Positions 17,938 through 27,380 of a stretch of 64,000 bases of DNA are shown one piece after another. The notes under the pieces are model-generated. The model made no database searches. It saw nothing but the letters and a program-made list of their open reading frames with translations, and was not told the origin of the DNA. Origin of the DNA: a virus (taxonomy: Duplodnaviria; Caudoviricetes); IMG/VR virus record IMGVR_UViG_3300011113_000265, positions 1 through 64,000 of that record; one strand, given 5' to 3'. Every line of letters starts with the position of its first letter. The first letter of the stretch is position 1. The translations under genes and the position numbers were made by a program.

Positions 17938-19089
17938 ATGACTGAAAAAAACGAATTATTTGAAGGGTTAGGGTCCTTTCTTTTAAATCAAGATTCTGTA
18001 AGTGTTGATTCTTTAGAAGGTGCTAATACACCACCTGCTGCTGAAGAAGAAACTACTACTACAGAAACCCCAAATGCTAATGCTGTTACGCTAGATGAAT
18101 TAGAGGCAGATCTAGCTGGACAAGCAGAAGAAACTAGTACTGAAGAAACTACTGTTGAATCAACTGATGATACAGAAGATTCTGAAAAAGTAACTACTGA
18201 GTCTAAAGACTCAACAATCTACAAAACTTTATCTGAGTTTCTTAAAGAAGAAGGTATAGTTGATGAAGTATTTGAAGATAAAGATTCATTATTTAACTAC
18301 TTTAAATCAGTAGCTGAGAATGAAATAAAAGAGTGGAGAAGTAATTTACCTCAAGAGATTACAACTATTATTGAGAACTATGAACAAGGAGTACCTTTTG
18401 ATGAGTTGCTTAATATTACTTCTAATCAAATTAGATTAGATTCAATTGATGAGGAAGTATTATCTGATAATCTTGAATTACAAAAAAACCTAGTTAGAAA
18501 TTATTACCTTAATAAAGGTTTTAATGAATCTAAGATTGAAAAGATGATTAGTAAGTCTTTAGAATTAGATGAACTAGAAGAAGAAGCAACTGAAGCTTTA
18601 AGTGAACTTAAAGAATTAGAAGCTGAAAGATTAGAAGAACTAAAAGAAAGAACTAAACAAGAACAAGAAGAACAACGTCTTGCTTATGAACAAACTATTA
18701 ATAACTTGAATAACACTATTAAGGAAACTAAAGAAATTATTCCAGGTATTAAACTTGATGATAAAGCTAAGAAAGATCTTTTCAACATGATTACAAAACC
18801 TGCGACTCAAAAAGACGGTATGAATTACTCGCAAGTAATGTTACTTAGAGAAAAAGATCCTATCGGTTTTGAGGTAAAACTTAATTATTATGCAAAGTTA
18901 GGATTGTTTGATGAAAACCCTAAGTTTGATTTAATAACTAAAAAGAGTGAAACTAAAGCATTAAATAAACTAGAAAAACAATTAGAAGAAGATTTAAAAT
19001 CAAGAATCAATAAATCTAATGCTAATTCTAGAAATTCTGATGAGAATTCAGATGTACTTGATGCTTTAAAAACAGTATTTAAAAAATAA
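17938..19089 (+). CDS. Acidic scaffold-like protein preceding the major capsid gene
   Basis: E/D/T-rich N-terminus, coiled coils, conserved crAss-like position between portal and capsid. Confidence 0.7.
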   Translation: MTEKNELFEGLGSFLLNQDSVSVDSLEGANTPPAAEEETTTTETPNANAVTLDELEADLAGQAEETSTEETTVESTDDTEDSEKVTTESKDSTIYKTLSEFLKEEGIVDEVFEDKDSLFNYFKSVAENEIKEWRSNLPQEITTIIENYEQGVPFDELLNITSNQIRLDSIDEEVLSDNLELQKNLVRNYYLNKGFNESKIEKMISKSLELDELEEEATEALSELKELEAERLEELKERTKQEQEEQRLAYEQTINNLNNTIKETKEIIPGIKLDDKAKKDLFNMITKPATQKDGMNYSQVMLLREKDPIGFEVKLNYYAKLGLFDENPKFDLITKKSETKALNKLEKQLEEDLKSRINKSNANSRNSDENSDVLDALKTVFKK

Positions 19090-19122
19090 AATTAACCCTT
19101 AACAATATAAATTTTAAAATTA

Positions 19123-20616
19123 ATGAGTCAAATTATTAACCAATTGCAAAAATTTAGTCCTAAGGATTGGAGTGGTTTAACCACAAAAAATCACATTGGG
19201 GCTATGTATGGTGAACAACCTATCATGGTGTCTGAATTGATCAGTAATATCTACGATGTTAATCTAGGATTAGATTTCGATAGATTTATGGAACAATTTG
19301 AAACTATGGAAATTGAAAGAGATGCTCCTTTTGAATGGATGCTTAACTCTCAATCACCTTTCAAAAACATTCCATTGCTTCAGTTTTACACTAACGTAGC
19401 TTTGGATAGTTCTACTAATACAGGTACTCCTGGTATTGGTAATTCAAGTTTTTACTTGGAATTTCCTGATCGTATTTTTGAGTATTCTGATGTAATTGCT
19501 CCTGCTAGCTATGCAAAAGAAACTTACCAAATGCGTGTTATGTCTGATCCTAAGCCTAATGGTGCTAACTGGTGCTATGAAGTAGCTTTGGTATCTGGTG
19601 ATGCTAACTTGTTTGTTCCTGTAAGTGAACTTACAAATGGTGTACGTTTTGTTAAAATGTATGCTCTAGCTGAACAAACTCTTTCTCAACGTGGTTCTAG
19701 TTCATTGAACTTCAGTTCACCGTTTAGAATGCAAAATCGTTGCTCATTCATGCGTTCTGAGTACTTAGTACCTGGTGACATGATTGATCAAAAAGAAAAT
19801 GCTCCACTTGGATTCTTCTTTGTAGATGCTCAAGGTAAACGTCATACTACCTGGTTAGGTAAACTTGACTACGACTTTATGGTATCTTGGAAGAGAATGA
19901 AGTCTATGGCTCAGTTGTATGGAAAATCTTTGAAAAACTCTCAAGGTTCTTACACCATGAAGGGAGATTCAGGATATGAAATCAAAACTGGTTACGGACT
20001 TTTGGATCAAATCTCTCCTTCAAATGTACACTACTACACTACATTTAATATTGATGTATTAAGTGAAATCTTAATGAGTTTATCAGTAGGTAAACTTCCT
20101 GAAGATCAACGTAGATTTGTACTTGGTACAGGTGAATATGGTATGCGTCAGTTCCACAAAGCTGTAGAAACCAAAGCTGTAACATTTGCTCCTTCAAGAG
20201 AAGAAATTCGTATTGGTGGTACACTTACTAATATGAGTTATGGAGGTCAATTCAAGAAGTATTCATTTATTAATGGTATTGAAATTGAATTGATGCACAT
20301 TCCTTTCTTGGATGATCCTAGCTTGTGTGCTATTCAACATCCTGATGGTGGTATCTTAAGTTCATATGAATACTTAATTCTTGACTTTGGTACTTCACAA
20401 GGTAAACCAAACATTCAAAAAGTAACTGTAAAAGGTTCTCAAGATGTTTACAAATACATTCCTGGATTGCGTGATCCATTTAGTCCATCTAATAGTGGTA
20501 CTAAACCTGGTATGACTGTATCTAAGGTTGATGGTTATGAAGTAGTTCGTGCTTGTACCCTAGGTATTAAAGTACATAATCCAATGAGATTAGCTCGTTT
20601 CATTCCTAATCTATAA
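19123..20616 (+). CDS. Major capsid protein
   Basis: 497 aa, synteny, WSGLTTKNH N-terminus, strongly biased codons, strong terminator downstream. Confidence 0.9.
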   Translation: MSQIINQLQKFSPKDWSGLTTKNHIGAMYGEQPIMVSELISNIYDVNLGLDFDRFMEQFETMEIERDAPFEWMLNSQSPFKNIPLLQFYTNVALDSSTNTGTPGIGNSSFYLEFPDRIFEYSDVIAPASYAKETYQMRVMSDPKPNGANWCYEVALVSGDANLFVPVSELTNGVRFVKMYALAEQTLSQRGSSSLNFSSPFRMQNRCSFMRSEYLVPGDMIDQKENAPLGFFFVDAQGKRHTTWLGKLDYDFMVSWKRMKSMAQLYGKSLKNSQGSYTMKGDSGYEIKTGYGLLDQISPSNVHYYTTFNIDVLSEILMSLSVGKLPEDQRRFVLGTGEYGMRQFHKAVETKAVTFAPSREEIRIGGTLTNMSYGGQFKKYSFINGIEIELMHIPFLDDPSLCAIQHPDGGILSSYEYLILDFGTSQGKPNIQKVTVKGSQDVYKYIPGLRDPFSPSNSGTKPGMTVSKVDGYEVVRACTLGIKVHNPMRLARFIPNL

Positions 20617-20626
20617 TTTAAAATTT

Positions 20627-20660
20627 AGTAGGGTGGGTTTTTACCCACTCTACTTTATTT
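20627..20660 (+). terminator. Intrinsic terminator
   Basis: 12-bp stem AGTAGGGTGGGT/ACCCACTCTACT followed by TTATTT. Confidence 0.8.
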
Positions 20661-20696
20661 ATATAAAAAGAAACAAATTAATTATATATAAAAACT

Positions 20697-21551
20697 ATGG
20701 GGATAGTAGAAAAAGAACCTGTCACAATTGACAGTATTTTAAAAAACAAAAAGATTTTAGTAAAACCAATTCTAAGAAATAATGGTAACTTTCCTAAAGG
20801 ACATGATGGAGAGTTTATGTATACTGATACAGTATGGTCTACAGATTTAAGACCTGAACCAGGTACAACCAGATATAAATCAGTATTATCTGAACCAGAA
20901 AGAAAGGCATTTGAAGATGCTCTTAATCTTGAACCAGGTAATATGTCTTTTTATAAGAAAAATGGATTTTGGTCTACATTTAGAGTTAAACTAAATAAAG
21001 AAGGTAAGACTTTAGATTTAAATGACCCACTTCAATACTTAGAATATTTAGTATTAAAAAATGATAGAAGGATTGCTTCTAATTGGAATACTAAATATGA
21101 TAGTGGAGAATACAAGTTTGCTTTAGTAGATGAAGATGAAACTATTAAAGATAATATAACTAAAACTGAAATTAATAAGAAAGCTTATAAGTATTTTGGT
21201 AAGATTGAAGATTCTGTTGAAGAAATGGCTATGGTAATTAGATTAATTACTAATAGAATAGTTAAGAATAGTGATGTAGAGTTTTTAAAATCTGAAATAC
21301 AAAAAATAATTGATACAAATATTAAAGGATTTGTTGAAATTATGGAAGATAAACACTTTGCAACTAAAGCATTTATTAGTAAAGCTGTTGATGCTAAAGC
21401 AATTGATAGAACTACTAAAGGTGGTTATTCTCTTAAAGGTGGAGATGAAATTGGTAGAACTTTACAAGAAACTGTAGAATTCTTAGAATCTCCTAAAAAT
21501 CAAGATATCTATTTGAAGATTAAAGCTCAAATAGAAAACAGTAAAAAGTAA
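20697..21551 (+). CDS. Conserved crAss-like capsid-block protein
   Basis: 284 aa directly after the capsid gene; LDLNDPLQYL motif. Confidence 0.65.
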   Translation: MGIVEKEPVTIDSILKNKKILVKPILRNNGNFPKGHDGEFMYTDTVWSTDLRPEPGTTRYKSVLSEPERKAFEDALNLEPGNMSFYKKNGFWSTFRVKLNKEGKTLDLNDPLQYLEYLVLKNDRRIASNWNTKYDSGEYKFALVDEDETIKDNITKTEINKKAYKYFGKIEDSVEEMAMVIRLITNRIVKNSDVEFLKSEIQKIIDTNIKGFVEIMEDKHFATKAFISKAVDAKAIDRTTKGGYSLKGGDEIGRTLQETVEFLESPKNQDIYLKIKAQIENSKK

Positions 21552-21616
21552 TTTATTAACCTACTTAGGAGTGAAACAATTAAATAGACCCTAAGTTAAT
21601 ATATAATTAAGTAGCA

Positions 21617-22333
21617 ATGACAAAACAAGAGTTCTTGAACAACTTTTATCTACAATTTGATAAATTAGCAAGTCAAGCTTTGCCAGGTTATGAGCCTGCC
21701 GAAATTTCAGCCATGGCAACAGAAGCTCAAGAACTCTTGGTTGTTACTTATTATACAGGTAATAACTCTACTGGAAAGTCTTTTGAACAGACTGAAAAAA
21801 GAATACAGGACTTAGGTGAGTTAGTTAAACATGCAATGCTAACACCACTTCCTTATAATCCTCTACTAAATATGCCTAATGGTGTATTTGTAGAGCTACC
21901 TAATACACTATTAGATAATCCTACAGATTATTCTGATGTTCACTGGTTTACTGTATATGAAGAAGTATTAACTAGTGATAAGTGTACTCCTCGTAAGTAT
22001 GTTTTAGAGATTAACCATAACGAATATGTTAGAGCTCTAGATAATCCTTACAACAAACCTAATAAAAATAAAGTTTGGAGGATGAGAATTGAAGGTAGAA
22101 AACATGAATTAATTACAGATGGTTCTTATAACATACAAAAATATGTATTTAGATATGTTAAGAAACCTAACCCAATTGATTTAACTACTAATTTAAATGA
22201 TCAAGTAAGTCAACTATCTGATCATATTCATAGAGAGTTAGTTAGAAAGACTGTAGAAATAGCTGTTAAAGATATTGAAGCTTATAATAGAATGCAAGCT
22301 GAAATTAGTACAAATAACACATACAGGGAATAA
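21617..22333 (+). CDS. Head-tail connector / tail ring protein
   Basis: 238 aa; DNPYNKP, RYVKKP, HIHRELV pattern; synteny. Confidence 0.6.
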   Translation: MTKQEFLNNFYLQFDKLASQALPGYEPAEISAMATEAQELLVVTYYTGNNSTGKSFEQTEKRIQDLGELVKHAMLTPLPYNPLLNMPNGVFVELPNTLLDNPTDYSDVHWFTVYEEVLTSDKCTPRKYVLEINHNEYVRALDNPYNKPNKNKVWRMRIEGRKHELITDGSYNIQKYVFRYVKKPNPIDLTTNLNDQVSQLSDHIHRELVRKTVEIAVKDIEAYNRMQAEISTNNTYRE

Positions 22334-22413
22334 GCTATAGTTACACAAATTAATTCTTTAAAAATAACAATAACAAATCAATTTATTAATATATTAATTA
22401 AAAAATCAAAGAA

Positions 22414-22851
22414 ATGTCTTTAAACAAAATTTCAAGTGCAAATAGAGCTGAAGTAAGAAGCTCATTAGATGAAGCTCTACCTGCTGTAGGTGGTGATGTT
22501 AATCCAATTGTAGATTGGGTTAATAATATTTCAAATGAAGTTACTGCTGTTAATACAGTTACTACAACTGGAACTACTGCACAAACTGGTACTTTAAACG
22601 CAGTTAGCGGTACTATAACTACAGCTACTCTTACTGTAACTGCTGGTCAAAAAACAACTGTAACTATTACAGATTCTTATTGTACTGCTAATAGTACAGT
22701 TATGGCTGTAATTAGTGGAGCAACTGTAGGTACAGGTGCTATTTATATTCAAAGTGTAGTTCCTGCTGCAGGATCTTTTGTTATAACATTAGTAAATGGA
22801 ATAGTTTTAACAGGAACTCCAAGTGTAACAATCAAATTTATTATTCTTTAA
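22414..22851 (+). CDS. Virion decoration or head-fibre-like protein
   Basis: Thr/Val/Ala-rich beta-type composition. Confidence 0.5.
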   Translation: MSLNKISSANRAEVRSSLDEALPAVGGDVNPIVDWVNNISNEVTAVNTVTTTGTTAQTGTLNAVSGTITTATLTVTAGQKTTVTITDSYCTANSTVMAVISGATVGTGAIYIQSVVPAAGSFVITLVNGIVLTGTPSVTIKFIIL

Positions 22852-22885
22852 TCAAATTATTTATAAACATTAAACAAATTAAACA

Positions 22886-24196
22886 ATGTCATTACAAAAC
22901 GTAAGTAATCACAAACAATTACTCATAGCTAAAAATTTAACACGCAGCACTAATTTAGCAGGTGCTGTAGCTACTCCATCTAATCTTGCTGATGGTGAAG
23001 TAGTAGTTACCGATATAGCTGGTAGAATTTTAGATACTACTACTATATTAGCTGTAGATCAAGTACAAATTGTACAAGGTCAAGGTTCTACTAAACCTTT
23101 AATTAAATCAGCAGCAATTCCTAAAGCTCAAGTTACCGCTAAAACTTTAAAATACACTCCTGCTACTCAGCAAGTATCTACTGTAGGTTATAATGGTACA
23201 ACTGGTGGTATTGTTAATCCTGGTACAGGAACTAATATTATTTTGCGTAACACTTTTAAAACTAACTTCTTCCAATTTAGTGATAAACTAATGGAATCAA
23301 TTGTTGGTTTAAAAGTAACTGCTTTAGATACTACTTCTTCAATTGCTAATACTTTACAAAAAGCTGCAATTCTAGATGTTAGAAGATATGTAAACATTCC
23401 TTTTAAAGTTGAATTGTATTCAGCTCATGCTGGTGCTGCAATTACAGGTGCTCCTACAAGCTTTGGTGTAACCAATGCTAGTACACTTGTTACTTGGACT
23501 GGTGGTACAGATCCTTCTAATATTAATGCTGGTGATTTTGTTAGACTTGGTGGTACTACTACTTCAACTCCTGTTTATAGAGTAGCTTCTGTTGATTTAA
23601 CAAATAATTATCTAATATTAGATGCTCCTTATCAAGCTACAACTGGAACTATTGTAGTAGCAAATGTTGAAGTTATTACTAAAGCTCAAGCTGATAGTAA
23701 TCCAATTGGTATTATCTTTACAGGTCTTCCACAAGCTAAATTTGCTCCAAATATCTTCCGTTATGAAACTTCTAAGTTTGTAACTACTGCAACTAACTTT
23801 GGTACTACTGAAGTAGTTAATGCAGCTACAGTTCCTACTGAAGGTTCTGGTGTATATGAGCAAATTGCTGAACAAGAATTCTTCTTCCAATTGTTTGAAG
23901 GTATGCATGACGCTAACTTGATTCAGGTTCCTCCTGTAACAATGCGTTCTAATGTTGAACTTAGTGGTCAGTATTCAATTATGGATCTTGAGTTCCAAAC
24001 TCAATCTGGCACTATGAGTTTTATCAATAATCCAATTGCTCGTAAACAAGTTAGAATTGCTGGTAACACTAATGGTGGTATTGCTGCTGGTAAACAATTT
24101 AACACAGTAACTGGTGTTTCTGGTTCAAATGGTACAGGTATTCGTGAAGTACTTGCTTTATTTTGTTCTCCTGCACCTGCTGCATTTGCTGTATAA
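22886..24196 (+). CDS. Abundant virion protein, auxiliary capsid-like
   Basis: 436 aa, Thr/Gly/Ala-rich, capsid-like codon bias, followed by a terminator. Confidence 0.55.
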   Translation: MSLQNVSNHKQLLIAKNLTRSTNLAGAVATPSNLADGEVVVTDIAGRILDTTTILAVDQVQIVQGQGSTKPLIKSAAIPKAQVTAKTLKYTPATQQVSTVGYNGTTGGIVNPGTGTNIILRNTFKTNFFQFSDKLMESIVGLKVTALDTTSSIANTLQKAAILDVRRYVNIPFKVELYSAHAGAAITGAPTSFGVTNASTLVTWTGGTDPSNINAGDFVRLGGTTTSTPVYRVASVDLTNNYLILDAPYQATTGTIVVANVEVITKAQADSNPIGIIFTGLPQAKFAPNIFRYETSKFVTTATNFGTTEVVNAATVPTEGSGVYEQIAEQEFFFQLFEGMHDANLIQVPPVTMRSNVELSGQYSIMDLEFQTQSGTMSFINNPIARKQVRIAGNTNGGIAAGKQFNTVTGVSGSNGTGIREVLALFCSPAPAAFAV

Positions 24197-24217
24197 TAAC
24201 AACTTTTAAACTTTAAT

Positions 24218-24254
24218 AAAAAGGCTATGGCTAGTTATAGCTGTAGCCTTTTTT
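24218..24254 (+). terminator. Intrinsic terminator
   Basis: AAAAAGGCTATGGCTA-GTTA-TAGCTGTAGCCTTTTTT. Confidence 0.85.
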
Positions 24255-24268
24255 AATATAATCAATCC

Positions 24269-24838
24269 ATGGCTTTACAATTAAATATAAATATAACTGA
24301 ATATATTAATCAAGAATGGTTAACTTTTAAAGAGTTAACTGGTCTATACTCTTTAGCTAATACAACTGGTTGGGGTACTCCTAATCCAGCTACTGGTTCA
24401 GCTACTGCAGCAACTTTAGAAATGCAAGATATTAATGGTAACAGTTTAGGAATAGTTGATGTTTTTACTTACTTTCCTACCTCTGATACTAATTTTGAGT
24501 TAAATATACTAGCAAGTGATTTTAATGGTAACACAACTAAGTTTAATGATGGTGTATATCAATTTATTTATAGAGTAGTTACTCCAACTGGTAACTATGA
24601 AAAACGTATTTGGATAGTATTTAAATGTGCTGCTGAGTGTAAAATGCAAAACTTATTATTAAAGCTTGTACAAGACTTTTGTGATACTTGTGAAGATGAT
24701 GGTAGTGTATTAAAATATACTCAAGCTAGAATGATTTTAGATGCTGCTGAGAGTGCTGCTCAATGTGGAGATATTATTAGAGCTAATGCTTTAATGGATA
24801 TGTTCAATAGATTAAAGATTGAATATTGCTGCGATTAA
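24269..24838 (+). CDS. Tail structural protein with Cys-rich C-terminus
   Basis: DGVYQFIY beta domain followed by CAAEC, CDTC and YCCD. Confidence 0.55.
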   Translation: MALQLNINITEYINQEWLTFKELTGLYSLANTTGWGTPNPATGSATAATLEMQDINGNSLGIVDVFTYFPTSDTNFELNILASDFNGNTTKFNDGVYQFIYRVVTPTGNYEKRIWIVFKCAAECKMQNLLLKLVQDFCDTCEDDGSVLKYTQARMILDAAESAAQCGDIIRANALMDMFNRLKIEYCCD

Positions 24839-24839
24839 T

Positions 24840-25469
24840 ATGGAAAAAGAAAATAAATATTACTTATATAGACATATAAGATTAGATAAAAACGAGCCTT
24901 TTTATATAGGAATTGGTACTAAGGAATATAAAAATCCTAAAACACATGAACTTGAATATAGAAGAGCATTTAGAAAATATAATAGAAGTAAACATTGGAC
25001 TAACATTATAAAATTAACAGCTTATAAAGTAGAAATTTTATTTGAATCTAATGATTATAATATTATAAAAAATAAAGAAATAGAATTTATAAAACTTTAT
25101 GGTAGGAAGGATCTTGACTTAGGTACTTTAGTAAATTTTACAGATGGTGGAGATGGTTTTCATAAGATTATAACAGCGGAACAAAAAGTAAGAATATCTA
25201 AAAGTTTAAAAGAATACTATAGTAAAAATACAGTATCACAAGAAACTAGAAAAAAATTAAGTAACTTACATAAAAATAATGTAGGAAGTTCTAAAACAAG
25301 ATTTAAAAAAGGCGATAAACCTAAAAGCAGTAAAAAAATATTAGATTTAAATACAAATATAGAATATCAATCTATTTCTGAATATTGTAGAATTTTTAAT
25401 ATACCAATGACTAGTTTTTGCAGAAATATAAATAAATATAACATTTTAATATTAGAAAATAATGTGTAA
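24840..25469 (+). mobile_element. Free-standing GIY-YIG homing endonuclease with NUMOD-type repeats
   Basis: YYLYRH ... PFYIGIG, EIEFI, NFTDGGDG, SQETRKKLS, RFKKG. Likely ATG at 24840 (track ORF from 24819). Confidence 0.8.
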
Positions 25470-26451
25470 CGGATGCGATGAAATTATAAACGTAGGCTCT
25501 CAAGGTTTCAATGGTTGGACACCTGTACTTGGATTATATGAAGGTACATGCGATGGGGATCCTGTAACAGTTTTACAAATAATTAGTTTTACTGGAGGAT
25601 CTGGAACTAAACCTGATTATCTAGGAAATATAATGACTGACCAGTGGCTTATTGATCATCCTATTTATTTAGGAAGTGCTGGTTTAGTAACTGATATATG
25701 TGAAGCTGTTAATTTACAACCTAGTAATGGTACTAACGGTACTAATGGTAGTAATGGTGAACAAGGACCTCCTGGTGAAGATGGTTGTACTCCTGAAATA
25801 AGTTTTACTGCTAATGTAGGTGAAGAAAGACCTATTGAATGTACTGTAGAAGGTGTAATTGATGGTTGTACTTCTTCTTGGAACATAAACTTTCCTGAAG
25901 AAATTTTTACTAGCACTGCTGTAGTAGATGCTGTAACAGGTAGTGAAACATTTACTACTGCTGTAGAAAATGCTATTGATGGTGTACTTAATGTAACACC
26001 TATATCTGTACCTGTAACTATAAGTACAGGTAGTTCTACTTTATTACAATATGACAGTAGTGGAAATGGTATAGATCCAGCTCCAACTCTTTCATTATAT
26101 ACTACAGCTGGTAATAGTTGGTTTTATTATTATATAATAGGAAATCAAATGACTATTCAGTTTAGATTTATATTATTTAGTAATTATTCAGGTACAATAA
26201 AATTACATGTAAAAATTCCAGCAAATAAAACTTCTTTATTAGGTACTGGAACTCCTATAATGATGAATAGAGCTACTAGTGAATTAAGAGTTCCTCAAAT
26301 AAGTGATGCTTCAGATGTTGGACCAGGATGGTTAAGAATAAACGACAGATATGATAATAGTTCAACATACCGTTTTTGGGTTCCTCAATCTGTAGCACCA
26401 AGCTCTTCACCAATAATTATAGCAGGTACGTATACTTTTTTAATAAATTAA
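25462..26451 (+). CDS. Tail fibre or hub-associated protein with a short collagen-like repeat
   Basis: NGTNGTNGSNGEQGPPGEDG; Cys-containing N-terminus. Confidence 0.6.
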   Translation: MCNGCDEIINVGSQGFNGWTPVLGLYEGTCDGDPVTVLQIISFTGGSGTKPDYLGNIMTDQWLIDHPIYLGSAGLVTDICEAVNLQPSNGTNGTNGSNGEQGPPGEDGCTPEISFTANVGEERPIECTVEGVIDGCTSSWNINFPEEIFTSTAVVDAVTGSETFTTAVENAIDGVLNVTPISVPVTISTGSSTLLQYDSSGNGIDPAPTLSLYTTAGNSWFYYYIIGNQMTIQFRFILFSNYSGTIKLHVKIPANKTSLLGTGTPIMMNRATSELRVPQISDASDVGPGWLRINDRYDNSSTYRFWVPQSVAPSSSPIIIAGTYTFLIN

Positions 26452-26452
26452 T

Positions 26453-27379
26453 ATGGAAATAAATATAAATTTTTCGGGTGCTACTATTAGTTTAACTAAT
26501 GCTATGCAAAGTGTTCCTTTTACAATAACAGGAACAGGTACATTAACTTCTAATTATATAATCACTGCAACAGGTTCTTTTGATGAAGGATCTACATTTA
26601 CTTTTTATTATAAAGGTGTAGTTGATAAAGCTACTTATAATTTTAACATATTAGGTACTAATCTTAGTTCTGCTCAATTAAATAGAGAATCTACAATAGT
26701 AGCTGTTTATAATGGAGTTACTTGGGATGTTAATCTTTATATTAATGCAGTTAATGATAACTGGATAACTTCATCTATAGCTGGTACTTGGCAAAATATA
26801 CCTTATGATGATGGTGATATTATTAACTCTGGTTCAACTACAGGTACTTATACAAATACTACTGGTACTGAAGGTGCTAATTATTTAGGTCAGTGGAAAG
26901 CTTATAAAGCTAATGCTGCTAATTATTCTAATTCAGTTCCTTCAGCTAGAAGGTTAAAATATAGAAAAAACTTAGATGGTACTGTACAAATTATGGGTCA
27001 TTTAAGAAAGCAATTTGCTGTACCTGGAGCTACTACTAGTATTAAATTAGATAATAGTTTATACTCTAATACAATTACATCTCCTGCAGCTATAATTATG
27101 GATACTAAAGTATTGTGGTATTATCAATTACCTAGTCCTATATTAGATTTAGGAAGTAATTTAATACAAACATTACCTTGTGATTTATATGTAGAAGATA
27201 CTACAGCTGATAATAACGATGTGTTTAGCAGTAACGCTAAAATATGGATAGGTCAAGGTACTTTAATAGTTCATAATTCATTTTTAAGTTTATACTCAGC
27301 TGCTACTATTACAGGATTAACAGCTAGTAGAAATTATACTTTATCAGCATTTATTAATGCGTCTTATATAGATCTATAA
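26453..27379 (+). CDS. Tail fibre-associated structural protein
   Basis: Thr/Ser/Asn-rich; LKYRKNLDGTVQIMG resembles fibre-tip beta motifs. Confidence 0.55.
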   Translation: MEININFSGATISLTNAMQSVPFTITGTGTLTSNYIITATGSFDEGSTFTFYYKGVVDKATYNFNILGTNLSSAQLNRESTIVAVYNGVTWDVNLYINAVNDNWITSSIAGTWQNIPYDDGDIINSGSTTGTYTNTTGTEGANYLGQWKAYKANAANYSNSVPSARRLKYRKNLDGTVQIMGHLRKQFAVPGATTSIKLDNSLYSNTITSPAAIIMDTKVLWYYQLPSPILDLGSNLIQTLPCDLYVEDTTADNNDVFSSNAKIWIGQGTLIVHNSFLSLYSAATITGLTASRNYTLSAFINASYIDL

Positions 27380-27380
27380 T

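Noticed and set aside
11227-20616. Introns or inteins in terminase, portal or capsid genes
   Set aside because: The ORFs are continuous and of ordinary length, and I saw no intein splice motifs or endonuclease inserts.
21560-21600. ACTTAGG ... CCTAAGT inverted repeat as a terminator
   Set aside because: The 7-bp arms enclose a loop of about 20 nt and there is no U-tract, so it is too weak to call.
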